This document shows, piece by piece, positions 19,637-28,800 of a DNA stretch of 64,000 bases. The notes under the pieces are model-generated. The model was not told where the DNA came from. It searched no databases and was given only the letters and a program-made list of their open reading frames with translations. Within the stretch, counting starts at the first letter, position 1, and every line of letters starts with the position of its first letter. The DNA is from Candidatus Gottesmanbacteria bacterium UBA6580 (GTDB lineage Bacteria; Patescibacteriota; Microgenomatia; UBA10105; UBA927): NCBI GenBank assembly GCA_002433895.1, contig DJJA01000001.1, forward strand, positions 15,438 through 79,437, given 5' to 3'. The position numbers and the translations under genes were made by a program.

Positions 19637-20730
19637 AAGTTGCCATCATTTACGATGCGATAACTGAATTCGGGGGCGCTGAACGCGTGCTCCGCTCGTT
19701 ACTTCATATATATCCTGACGCGGATATTTTTACCACTGTCGCTGACCAAACGATCATCAATAGATTTTTTCCCCGCTTACACCCCAAAAAACTCCATACC
19801 CTCCCCCCTTGGGTACAAGGACTCGCCACCCACACCTCGCTTGCCCAACTACTTTCACCGGTTATTTGGAAGTCATTTAATCTGAACGGTTTTGACGTGG
19901 TTATTTCGAAACCCGCGCATCTTATGTCAAACTTGGTAATAACAAGATGCACGCATATCCAGTATATCCATACCCCTCCCCGGAATATTTTTGGCATCGT
20001 CCCCCCTACCCCTTTGCAACGCGCGACGCGCTATGACCAGCTTATTATCCCCCGTTACCGACGCGCCATCGCGTCAACACCTTTTCTTCTTACCAATTCG
20101 TACCATATGCAACGGAGGATATCGACGCTTCTCGGCGTCACCCCACAAGTTATTTATCCTCCAGTCCGTATTCCGACCCGGGTACAACAACGCGGACAAG
20201 GCCGCTATTACCTCACGGTCGGAAGACTGGAAAAAGAAAAACATATCGAACTTGCCATTATGGCATGCAACATGCTCAAGCTCCCTCTTATGGTGGTAGG
20301 CAAAACAAACGAACCGAGATACGAGCAGTATCTGCATAGCGTTGCAGGACCAACTATCACGTTTTTAGGATTCCGTTCAGATCAGGAAATACACGCGCTC
20401 TATAAACATGCTATCGCATTCCTTTTTACCGCCCGTGACGAGGACTTTGGTATTGCGCCGGTAGAGGCAATAGCCCACAGCGTTCCGGTTATCGCCTACT
20501 ATGGTGGCGGCACCAAAGAAACAGTGAAGGAGGGTGTTACAGGGCATTTCTTCTTCGTCCATACCGCGGCCGCACTGGCAGCTACCCTCAAAAAATTCAA
20601 CCCATCACTATTCCGTCCGGCTGCCCTTCATGCACACGCGAAAAAATTCAGTGAGACAATTTTCAGAAAGCAATTCACGGCGTATATTCATACATCACGG
20701 AGCGAATCAGAAGCTATTGGGAAGAAGTAA
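19633..20730 (+). CDS. GT4-family (GT-B) glycosyltransferase. Start at MKVAIIYD; the track start 19609 is in-frame upstream.
   Basis: EDFGIAPVEAIAHSVPVIAYYGGGTKETV is the GT4 E-x7-E region. The ATG at 19633 overlaps the TGA of the upstream GT2 as ATGA. Confidence 0.8.
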   Translation: MKVAIIYDAITEFGGAERVLRSLLHIYPDADIFTTVADQTIINRFFPRLHPKKLHTLPPWVQGLATHTSLAQLLSPVIWKSFNLNGFDVVISKPAHLMSNLVITRCTHIQYIHTPPRNIFGIVPPTPLQRATRYDQLIIPRYRRAIASTPFLLTNSYHMQRRISTLLGVTPQVIYPPVRIPTRVQQRGQGRYYLTVGRLEKEKHIELAIMACNMLKLPLMVVGKTNEPRYEQYLHSVAGPTITFLGFRSDQEIHALYKHAIAFLFTARDEDFGIAPVEAIAHSVPVIAYYGGGTKETVKEGVTGHFFFVHTAAALAATLKKFNPSLFRPAALHAHAKKFSETIFRKQFTAYIHTSRSESEAIGKK

Positions 20731-21583
20731 TAATCTCGGTAATTCTCGGCTCTATATCAATGCGCGAAAGAAATAACGGTACCGGCGCGTTTATCTTTAT
20801 CGGCGACGAATCGAGATAATACAATCCGTCACCGACTTTTCGTGTTGCCAAACGGATAGTAAGGAACACGTCGTATTTCCGTGGATGTGGTTTATTAAAC
20901 ACATTACCATACATATCCCAACTTGTCCGCAGCGCAGGTGTTACCGTTTTTTCCAGCACTTCAGCGAGTACCTCACCATTCGAATCTTTGACCGTATCCC
21001 CCACAACAATCGCGTCTGCGATTGCTTTATCGACCCCGGTTGTTTCTGTAAACGGCTCATGAAGCAACGGGCCATCGGACTTTACCTGAGCCTTCACGGT
21101 AACCCATACCGGCTTTTCTTTCTCTCCCGCGGGTACACGCACAATTATGCCATTAATGATCACAGACTGAATACTAAGACGGACCCATTCACCCACCTGC
21201 AGTGTGGTCCCCTGGTACCGGTATTGGTCACTTTTGTCATTATAGGAAGCCCGGAGCCGCAATGTGACATACACCGTCTTCTTGGTAGTAAACGGCGTGC
21301 CCGACCTGGGCTGTTCAAAAGAAGTCACATCAGTGACTTCGGCAATCACCCTACCCAATCCGTCCTTTCCCTGCACTCCAACCCGTATCGCTTCCGCAGA
21401 AGTTCCTTTCGGAGATCCGTTGTCCTGCCAAATGAGATCTTTTTCAGCAATACGCACAGTTACCAATACATCTGCTGATTTGGGAGATATAAATATATAT
21501 ATTAACGCTGCGATGATAAGCAGCGTCGTGATACCTGCATATTCTAAAAATCCGGCCCGGTTGATGAGTTTTTTGATATTCAT
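20714..21583 (-). CDS. Membrane-anchored hypothetical protein (single N-terminal TM, extracytoplasmic domain)
   Basis: TM ITTLLIIAALIYIFI. Balanced composition. Its ATG overlaps the TGA of the upstream Wzy-like gene as ATGA. Confidence 0.6.
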   Translation of the reverse strand: MNIKKLINRAGFLEYAGITTLLIIAALIYIFISPKSADVLVTVRIAEKDLIWQDNGSPKGTSAEAIRVGVQGKDGLGRVIAEVTDVTSFEQPRSGTPFTTKKTVYVTLRLRASYNDKSDQYRYQGTTLQVGEWVRLSIQSVIINGIIVRVPAGEKEKPVWVTVKAQVKSDGPLLHEPFTETTGVDKAIADAIVVGDTVKDSNGEVLAEVLEKTVTPALRTSWDMYGNVFNKPHPRKYDVFLTIRLATRKVGDGLYYLDSSPIKINAPVPLFLSRIDIEPRITEIITSSQ

Positions 21584-23040
21584 ATTTTGTGCGGTAAGTA
21601 TAACATAGTCAACGCAGTAAAAAGGGGCAGGTCAGGAAGTATCGGTTGCAAAAAACCATTTACCCCGACCGCCACAAACATACCAATAAACGAGACGGTG
21701 AGCAAACGGTTCGGTTCGGTGTTTGCTTGCTTCATACTTTTCCACGCCAAACCAAACAATAGTCCGTAGACCGCAAAATAAGGAACTGCTCCCACCACCC
21801 CTGATTGCATCATGAGCCGCAAAAAACCATTATGTACCGGTTCCGGAAAATACAGCACCACTGCGCGGTTTGGCGCGTCTATATCCCAATCTCCATAAAT
21901 AAGTGATTGCTGATACTGATGATACACATCCATCTCAAGCCCGACACCGAAATATGGATACATACGAAATGAGCGCCAATACTCCTCGATGAGCATAGCA
22001 CGGGTTTCCCAACTCCCGTATAACCCTCCTGTTGATAGTGTGCTTACAAGCCGGGGCATCATCAGCATGAAAAGCGCTACCAATGCCATTGAGACAATTA
22101 CCCGCTCCAACACTGAAAGCTTTACCCGCAATACAAACACATACCCCCACATACGCTTTGCGAGGTAATAACAAAAAATGAGGGCGACACCCAAAGACAA
22201 CCAGGACGACCTGCTCATCGTCAATACAAGAGTTAACAGCCCCAAAAAGAGACACGCAGCAAACCACTTTCCTTTTTTCTCAAACGGATAAAACAGAACC
22301 GGCAATACCATACACACCGGCACAAGCAGTGCATGTGCCAACGCGTTTGCATGCATATAGGTTCCGCCATACCGGAGCAGTCTTCCTGCCTCCAGGGATA
22401 AATCGACCGATACATAGTTAGCGATAGGTTCTATTACCAGTCCGAGCGAGCCGCCGCGCAACATCTGAGCCGCAACAATAAATGTTTCAAAAAAAAGCCA
22501 ACCCGCTACCACCGATATTGCCGTTGCCAAAGAAATTGACCCTGGTGAAGCAAAAAAATAATAAATAATCATTGGCCGGAGTGCAATCAGTGCGTGGAAA
22601 AACGAAATTTCCGGCCGCACCGATCCGAATATTGTCGCGATAATTGATCCTGCTGCGTACAAAAATAACGCTGCTTCAAGCGCTGGAAGCTTCCGGTACA
22701 CCAGTGTCCCCCGGACACGCTCGGCAATAAGCACAATTCCCATGCACCCCACAATAATATCGGAAACGGTAATCATGATGTCTGCTGCTATGCCAAAATC
22801 ACGGCCGGCGATAGCTAATTCCTGTGCCGACACTAAGTCAATGGCAAACAATTTACCGACGATAATCGGCGTCATCGTAAGATAGATAACCATCATTGCC
22901 TGCTTAAAATCACGCACTATCTTCCATAGCACAAAAAAATATACGAGGCACAAAAAAAACATCACGATTTTATGAGGGGCAAACAGCAAAGAACCATAAA
23001 AAAGGAGTGTCGTCATCAAAAAGCGGAGCGATAATTTCAT
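21580..23040 (-). CDS. O-antigen ligase/polymerase-like (Wzy_C) polytopic membrane protein
   Basis: About 12 TM helices. Conserved LTMSRSSWLSLGVALIF (SRSxW) block typical of the Wzy_C/O-antigen ligase family. Confidence 0.75.
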   Translation of the reverse strand: MKLSLRFLMTTLLFYGSLLFAPHKIVMFFLCLVYFFVLWKIVRDFKQAMMVIYLTMTPIIVGKLFAIDLVSAQELAIAGRDFGIAADIMITVSDIIVGCMGIVLIAERVRGTLVYRKLPALEAALFLYAAGSIIATIFGSVRPEISFFHALIALRPMIIYYFFASPGSISLATAISVVAGWLFFETFIVAAQMLRGGSLGLVIEPIANYVSVDLSLEAGRLLRYGGTYMHANALAHALLVPVCMVLPVLFYPFEKKGKWFAACLFLGLLTLVLTMSRSSWLSLGVALIFCYYLAKRMWGYVFVLRVKLSVLERVIVSMALVALFMLMMPRLVSTLSTGGLYGSWETRAMLIEEYWRSFRMYPYFGVGLEMDVYHQYQQSLIYGDWDIDAPNRAVVLYFPEPVHNGFLRLMMQSGVVGAVPYFAVYGLLFGLAWKSMKQANTEPNRLLTVSFIGMFVAVGVNGFLQPILPDLPLFTALTMLYLPHKI

Positions 23041-23095
23041 TGGGTTGATTCTACCACATCAATATTTTCCCAAAGAAATTTGGGGAAATCCCGTA

Positions 23096-23665
23096 TCAAG
23101 GGATCAATGTATCCGCCAATACAGACAAAGGACTACTTATAAACGTACGATACCACTGGTGAAATAATCGGTCAGGATATAAAAACCAAAAACGCTTTTG
23201 GTAGATAGCGCCACTCGGTGTTTTCACCGGCGTATCAATTATTTCATCAAATACCAAATTCCCGTCATCAACAAACACCCGTATTACAAACTCCCTCACG
23301 CCGTCGGGATATACTGTCTCTCTTGTGAGAGGAATAACAATATCGCGGTAGTAACCTGCCCATAAACGAGTGGAAAGTCCAACAACCTGTGAACCTGTTG
23401 TGGTATTGGCGTAAAGCACAATAAACCCATCTTTTTCTAATCGCGCTGAGTGTATCTTTATGGCAGTACTCATGGGTTGATTTTTAACCACAACGCGGGT
23501 ATATGGGGCAATCCATAATACGGCAGCAAGCACCCCGCCGCCTATTATCCCCACCAGCGCTGCAATACCTATGTCGATTATCACTGCTGAAAAATGCCTT
23601 TGAGAATTCCTCGACTGCTCAACAGGTGCTAACAGCACATTTGCATGTTGCGGGGCAGAGTCCAT
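23096..23665 (-). CDS. Membrane-anchored hypothetical protein
   Basis: TM AVIIDIGIAALVGIIGGGVLAAVLWI followed by a soluble domain. It is the first gene of a three-gene minus-strand operon. Confidence 0.55.
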   Translation of the reverse strand: MDSAPQHANVLLAPVEQSRNSQRHFSAVIIDIGIAALVGIIGGGVLAAVLWIAPYTRVVVKNQPMSTAIKIHSARLEKDGFIVLYANTTTGSQVVGLSTRLWAGYYRDIVIPLTRETVYPDGVREFVIRVFVDDGNLVFDEIIDTPVKTPSGAIYQKRFWFLYPDRLFHQWYRTFISSPLSVLADTLIP

Positions 23666-23705
23666 ACAATACTATTGTACCGTAGAGTTACAAAGCATAA
23701 CAATC

Positions 23706-24506
23706 ATGCAAGCGCCACTCAACCCACCACCACCACCGGCTACACTCACGTCTCCCGTCTCTACAGCCACCCCTGCAAATATCCCAAAAATATCCCATCC
23801 AAACAACCTGAGCCGCTTAGCGGGAGTATATATATTCGGCAGTATTATTGCGTGGCTGAGCGCGCATATATGGCTAATGGTGTTCACGGAACTCCCATAT
23901 CTTATGCGCATACAACCGGAACGGATAATCCACCAGCAAGCGGCATACTCTCCACAAACTTTTTTTCTCCGGATACTGGATAATCATCCCGATCTCACAA
24001 AAAAAAGCACAGAAGTACTCTGGTTTGACGGTGCTGACACCTTGCGCTCGCTACCCCTACAAAAGCCCATGCCATGGATAAGCACGTTAGTCATCGAAGA
24101 TTCACCGCTTGAATCACTCCCGTCGAACCTAAACCTGTTTACCGACGTACAACATATCACTATCAGAAACACAAGGATTAGGAATTTGCCGACACAGATT
24201 GGCGATATATCATCGATCGAAACGCTTTATCTTGAAGGCAACCGCATTTCCCACCTGCCGGAATCAATCGGCAACCTCATTAACCTCACCGCGCTCAATT
24301 TGGCATATAACAATCTCGAAGATATACCTGCCGGCATACAATACTTAATCAACCTCACCGAACTTAACCTTACCGGTAACCGCCTACGGGAGTTTCCCCG
24401 CGTGCTACCTCCGAATCTAAAGGTTTTATATATCGGAGGAAATCGTATACCGGTGAGCGAACTTCATAAAGCAAGACTCCCTGACGGCGAAGATATTTTT
24501 TATTAA
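23706..24506 (+). CDS. Membrane-anchored leucine-rich-repeat (LRR) protein
   Basis: Pro-rich N-terminus (NPPPPPATLTSPVS), TM (LAGVYIFGSIIAWLSAHIWLMVF), then five or more LRRs: LPTQIGDISSIETLYLEGNRISHLPESIGNLINLTALNLAYNNLEDIPAGIQYLINLTELNLTGNRLREFP. Confidence 0.75.
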   Translation: MQAPLNPPPPPATLTSPVSTATPANIPKISHPNNLSRLAGVYIFGSIIAWLSAHIWLMVFTELPYLMRIQPERIIHQQAAYSPQTFFLRILDNHPDLTKKSTEVLWFDGADTLRSLPLQKPMPWISTLVIEDSPLESLPSNLNLFTDVQHITIRNTRIRNLPTQIGDISSIETLYLEGNRISHLPESIGNLINLTALNLAYNNLEDIPAGIQYLINLTELNLTGNRLREFPRVLPPNLKVLYIGGNRIPVSELHKARLPDGEDIFY

Positions 24507-24522
24507 ACCCAATCTCCGGCGC

Positions 24523-24551
24523 TTTACGCAGGCACGTTTCTCGCTTAGAAT
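24523..24551 (+). promoter_or_regulatory. Candidate promoter TTTACG-17 nt-TAGAAT upstream of the GT4 gene
   Basis: Correct 17-nt spacing. The -10 element overlaps a possible AAGGTG ribosome-binding site, so the two readings conflict. Confidence 0.3.
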
Positions 24552-24564
24552 AAGGTGCGACACT

Positions 24565-25737
24565 ATGGGAGCACCTCTCACTTCATCCTGCATATTTATC
24601 CCATTTCATAATCCGTGGTGCTGGCACACGGACTACGCCAATCAAACCGCGCGGATACTATCCAAAAATCACACGGTGCTATGTTTTCTTTGGGGCGACG
24701 CGGTTTCAATTAAAGAAGTAGTAACCCGCGCGAAAGCGTATTATCCACTCACGAAACACGGTAACCTGTGGAAAATGCAGCCACTGTACCTCATCCCGGG
24801 TAAACGAATACTTTGGGTACAATATATAAGTTTTTTTCTGAATGCTATTGCCGCATATATTATTTGTTCAATAATTTCTATTTATCAAAAAAGAACAATC
24901 ATTTTTTGGTTTTTTGGGTACTTTGATCCGGTATTTCTCCTGCTCCCCCCAATGTTTCGATTTCATACAACCGTCTATGATTGTGTAGACATCGCTACCC
25001 ACCCGCACCCATCCCTTGCCCGCCGGCTGAAAGAGGCTGAACAATCATTGATATCCCACGCTTCACTGGTGGTCGCAAATTCGCATACACTCGTCCGACG
25101 GCTCAAACACATACGCCCTGATGTACATCTGGTGCCGTTGGGGTTCAGAATTGGCATGTTTACCCACCCCACCCTGCACCCCCTCCCACTTACCAAAAAA
25201 CGCCCGGTTATCGGATTTATCGGATCTATCGATTACCGCGTAAACTTCCGATTGCTACTGGATCTTTCGACACGTCACCCTTCATGGCAATTCGCGCTCG
25301 TGGGTCCGATATTTTATGATCATCTTACCCACGACGCGCAAACACTTATGAAACGTCTCCTTGAGCGCCCCAACGTCTTGCATACAGAAGTTCTTCCGCA
25401 GCATATCCCCGCGGTACTCTGCCAATTTTCAGTGGCGATTATTCCATATGACACCAGAGTTCCACTCAGTCGCTACGCGTATCCCATGAAAATTATGGAG
25501 TATTTTTACGCACAAAAACCGGTCATCGCCACCCCCATCTATGAACTCATGAAATTTATCCCTCTCATCCGTACGGCGAAAAGTACAAATGATTGGACAC
25601 GCGCCATACAGCAAACATTGCGCCACCCGGTTACGTCATCTGCCTCCAGGCAAATGAAAAACATCGCCCGGAAAAACACCTGGGAAAAGAAGCTAGCCGC
25701 GATACAGACAGAACTCGCCCGCCTTGGTATTCTATAA
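24565..25737 (+). CDS. GT4-like (GT-B) glycosyltransferase
   Basis: C-terminal GT-B domain with IGFIGSIDYRVNF...YPMKIMEYFYAQKPVIATPIYEL. A candidate promoter TTTACG-17-TAGAAT lies upstream. Confidence 0.7.
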   Translation: MGAPLTSSCIFIPFHNPWCWHTDYANQTARILSKNHTVLCFLWGDAVSIKEVVTRAKAYYPLTKHGNLWKMQPLYLIPGKRILWVQYISFFLNAIAAYIICSIISIYQKRTIIFWFFGYFDPVFLLLPPMFRFHTTVYDCVDIATHPHPSLARRLKEAEQSLISHASLVVANSHTLVRRLKHIRPDVHLVPLGFRIGMFTHPTLHPLPLTKKRPVIGFIGSIDYRVNFRLLLDLSTRHPSWQFALVGPIFYDHLTHDAQTLMKRLLERPNVLHTEVLPQHIPAVLCQFSVAIIPYDTRVPLSRYAYPMKIMEYFYAQKPVIATPIYELMKFIPLIRTAKSTNDWTRAIQQTLRHPVTSSASRQMKNIARKNTWEKKLAAIQTELARLGIL

Positions 25738-25772
25738 ACGAATCAGTAACGGGTACGTCGCCATAGCTCAAC

Positions 25773-27329
25773 ATGAAGACTCTCCAAAAAATACGCTTTC
25801 CAAGCGACTTGCTCCTTCTGGGTACTCCCATACTCATCGCTATCATCACGCGGCTCTATCGGATAACGGAAACCATCCGCTTTCGGGGTGATCAAGGAAT
25901 GGACCTTATGGTTATTTGGCACATGGAACACATGGGGCACTGGCCGCTCGTGGGGCCCTTTTTGAGTCTGAGAGACTTCTACACACCACCGACATATTAC
26001 TACGTTACGTGGCTACTCTATCACATTACCCAGTCAGTAAACGGCATTGTGATCGGGTATTTTTTTATGAATATCATCTCACTCATTCTTCTTATGAAGC
26101 TCGCTTGGCACATGGGTGGAAAACAGTTGGCATGTATTGTAGGAGGACTCTTTGCCATATCAATCAACATGATTGACCACGGCAGACAATTTTGGCAACC
26201 ATTTCCCATGCAGCTGTTCATCATCATAAGCCTCCTCTTCCTTTGGCGCGCGTATGAACGCAAGAGCCTCTCATCGTTATGGCTTTTCGCGCTCAATTAT
26301 ATGATTGCTCTTTCGGTATATCCTTCTCCCATACTACTGTTGCCTTACACGGGATATCAGATCGTACGGTGGTATAAAAATGTTGGGAAGCTTCCTATAT
26401 GGCAATCGTTGCTGTTTTCTGGCGTCATGATGACGATTACTTCTGTGATAGTCTACATACCCCAAATCATTTTTGAAATTAGCCGGGGGTGGCCGTCCCT
26501 CACGCTTACGGGGTTAGTTACCGCGCGCTTCAATCTCCACACAATTATTACACTCATAAGCGAAAATATTTTTTATCTCTTTTCTTTCCACCTAGCCACC
26601 AATATTTTCTTTCCGAAAGAAGGATTTTATATCACAGCATTTGTCATAATATTATTTACCGCTATGGCAAAGTGGGGCAAACTCCCGCGAGCCGTCCGCG
26701 CATTTCTTGCCCCAGAAATACTCGCCGCAGGACTCGTATTTTTATTGCTCTATCAGCAAGATGTGCACAATCATCGCATGTGGGCATACCTCCCTTTTAT
26801 CTTTCTTATAACAGGCACAAGCATTCATCAGGCGCTTAACGCAAAAGGGATACACAAAGCACTTGCCATCACCATCCTTCTCATCTATAGCATATTAAAT
26901 CTTAGTGGGTTTTCCCTATACGCTTCCAGACACTTCGTTGATGAGACACGCGAAGCTATCTCAATTGCCCAATATATCAAACAGTCCATGAGTTCACGCG
27001 GACTTACCCAGTCCAATACCGGTTTTATTTATAAAATACCGCTAGATCCCGACAACACCTCCTACTCAATATACCGGATACTCTATTGGTTAATTGAGGA
27101 TCGCACACTCTCTATATCACTTAAGCCCGAAGGAAACGAACCTGCCTTTGAGTACAAGTTTCCAATTTATAAAAACTATATGTACATTATCTGTCAGCGC
27201 TTTGCGAGTGTCCAGGACGCTGAAGCTCACTGTATTGCACCCATAATTGGCTCCGAGCCCTACACGACGCGGGAAACGAAAAAAATCGGGAGAGCATATG
27301 TTTTCACTCTACACAATCAAACCTTTTAA
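25773..27329 (+). CDS. GT-C membrane glycosyltransferase, ArnT/PMT-like (GT39/83-type)
   Basis: About 12 TM helices. The first loop has GDQGMDLMVIWHMEHMGHWPLVGPFLSLRDFYTPPTYYY, resembling the ArnT/PMT DE...PPL.YW region. Confidence 0.7.
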   Translation: MKTLQKIRFPSDLLLLGTPILIAIITRLYRITETIRFRGDQGMDLMVIWHMEHMGHWPLVGPFLSLRDFYTPPTYYYVTWLLYHITQSVNGIVIGYFFMNIISLILLMKLAWHMGGKQLACIVGGLFAISINMIDHGRQFWQPFPMQLFIIISLLFLWRAYERKSLSSLWLFALNYMIALSVYPSPILLLPYTGYQIVRWYKNVGKLPIWQSLLFSGVMMTITSVIVYIPQIIFEISRGWPSLTLTGLVTARFNLHTIITLISENIFYLFSFHLATNIFFPKEGFYITAFVIILFTAMAKWGKLPRAVRAFLAPEILAAGLVFLLLYQQDVHNHRMWAYLPFIFLITGTSIHQALNAKGIHKALAITILLIYSILNLSGFSLYASRHFVDETREAISIAQYIKQSMSSRGLTQSNTGFIYKIPLDPDNTSYSIYRILYWLIEDRTLSISLKPEGNEPAFEYKFPIYKNYMYIICQRFASVQDAEAHCIAPIIGSEPYTTRETKKIGRAYVFTLHNQTF

Positions 27330-27340
27330 TGATCTCTCCC

Positions 27341-28039
27341 TTAAACACAAATCGTTTTACTTCGCATACCGGAACATAGGTTGATGGCAGTATGAAGGTA
27401 ACTTACTGCCATCCTCAATAATTGCGATTTGCTTTGTCCATATTGCCGGTTTTTATAACGCACCGGCACTTCCCGGATACGTAATCCGGATATTTTAGCA
27501 GCATATACCAGACGTAAATGATAATCTCCATAGCCTACATATATACGGCCGGGCTTCATACGGCGCAATACCTGTGCACGGATTGCGTAATACCCGCTGG
27601 TATTGTCCCATATCGGAAATGACAGCGCGTACCGTAAAACGGCGTTAAATATCCAACTTAGGATATAACGCGTGCGATCATGCATGCCGCCACCATGAAT
27701 AAACCGTGACCCTACAACAAGATCTGCCGTAGATAACGCACGGAGCAGTGAAGGAATATGTTCGGGATCGTGGTTTCCGTCGGCATCCATGCCGATAATA
27801 ATATCGCCTCGCGCACGCGCCACCCCTGCCCCTATGGCCGTGGCCAGACCCCGCACTTTTTTCCGCACAACAACCCGTATACTCGTGCCAAAGCGTTTTC
27901 GGACCGCATCTGCGGTGTGATCCGGACTATCATCGTCAACAACAATTATTTCGGCAGTGTAAGCTGATATACGCCTGATTGCGGCACGGATCTTCGGGAT
28001 AAGCACCATAAGATTTTCGCGTTCGTTATACGAAGGCAA
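27341..28039 (-). CDS. Polyprenol-phosphate hexosyltransferase-like GT2 (DPM1/GtrB/ArnC-like). The 5' end is uncertain.
   Basis: LPSYNERENL...EIIVVDDDSPDHT...GDIIIGMDADGNHDPEH. The track start is a TTG codon. The conserved N-terminal block (VSVILPSYNE) continues in-frame upstream, with no ATG/GTG/TTG before the upstream stop. Confidence 0.7.
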   Translation of the reverse strand: MPSYNERENLMVLIPKIRAAIRRISAYTAEIIVVDDDSPDHTADAVRKRFGTSIRVVVRKKVRGLATAIGAGVARARGDIIIGMDADGNHDPEHIPSLLRALSTADLVVGSRFIHGGGMHDRTRYILSWIFNAVLRYALSFPIWDNTSGYYAIRAQVLRRMKPGRIYVGYGDYHLRLVYAAKISGLRIREVPVRYKNRQYGQSKSQLLRMAVSYLHTAINLCSGMRSKTICV

Positions 28040-28059
28040 AATGACGGAAACACACGCTG

Positions 28060-28800
28060 TTATACTCCCCCTTTCTTCCGGGCAAGAATAAAGAGTGATG
28101 TGCCCCAGGGGTATGAAACAAACGGCAAACCCAACGCTTCCAATCGGTTAATAAACACGCCCGCGCGGTTTACTGCAGCAGACGCAGGCACCACATCAGA
28201 GCCCCGCTCTCTGCCTGGCAATACTCTATCAATGAGCCGTTTAACGGCAACCCACGGAAACAAAAGAAAAAACATATAGGTTTTGGTATGAATAGAAAAC
28301 CCCGCCGCCCGCACCTTGCGGAGAAGCGCGGGTAACATATACCGTTCTCTGCCAAAAACAGCGCGGTCATGGGGTCCCGCAAGCCACGGAAATGCGCAAT
28401 CCGTAATCACCAGCCACCCCCCGGGACGGAGCACCCGGTATGCCTCACATAACGCGCTCCTGTCGTGGATACCCTGGTGATAAAGCACATCAAAAAAACA
28501 CACTGCGTCAACACTTCGGGCAGTAAGGCCGGTACGTTCCGCTGTCCCATTCCGAAGGATTACCCCCCGTTTTTCTGCAAGTTTACGCGCCGTCTTATGG
28601 GGCTCGATACCTATGACTTTTCCATACTGGGAAAGAACATGCGCCATCCCGCCGGTACCCGCTCCAATATCGGCGATAACGCGTGGAGGCTGCCGACGCC
28701 ATACAGCACTGAGGAACACGTTTACAAATAGCCGCCGTGATACAAACCACCAATGAGACGATTCCACGTCGTACATCGCCTGGTACTCATGTTCTTCCAT
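28060..28800 (-). CDS. Class I SAM-dependent methyltransferase. Start at the internal ATG 28800; the track start is 28830.
   Basis: VIADIGAGTGGMA (motif I), LRPGGWLVITD (post-I). A start at 28800 avoids a 44-nt overlap with the upstream GT2. Confidence 0.75.
   Translation of the reverse strand: MEEHEYQAMYDVESSHWWFVSRRLFVNVFLSAVWRRQPPRVIADIGAGTGGMAHVLSQYGKVIGIEPHKTARKLAEKRGVILRNGTAERTGLTARSVDAVCFFDVLYHQGIHDRSALCEAYRVLRPGGWLVITDCAFPWLAGPHDRAVFGRERYMLPALLRKVRAAGFSIHTKTYMFFLLFPWVAVKRLIDRVLPGRERGSDVVPASAAVNRAGVFINRLEALGLPFVSYPWGTSLFILARKKGGV

Noticed and set aside
20885-21478. 197-aa ORF antisense to 20714..21583
   Set aside because: Cys/Arg/His-rich junk translation. The sense gene is joined to its upstream neighbour by an ATGA overlap.
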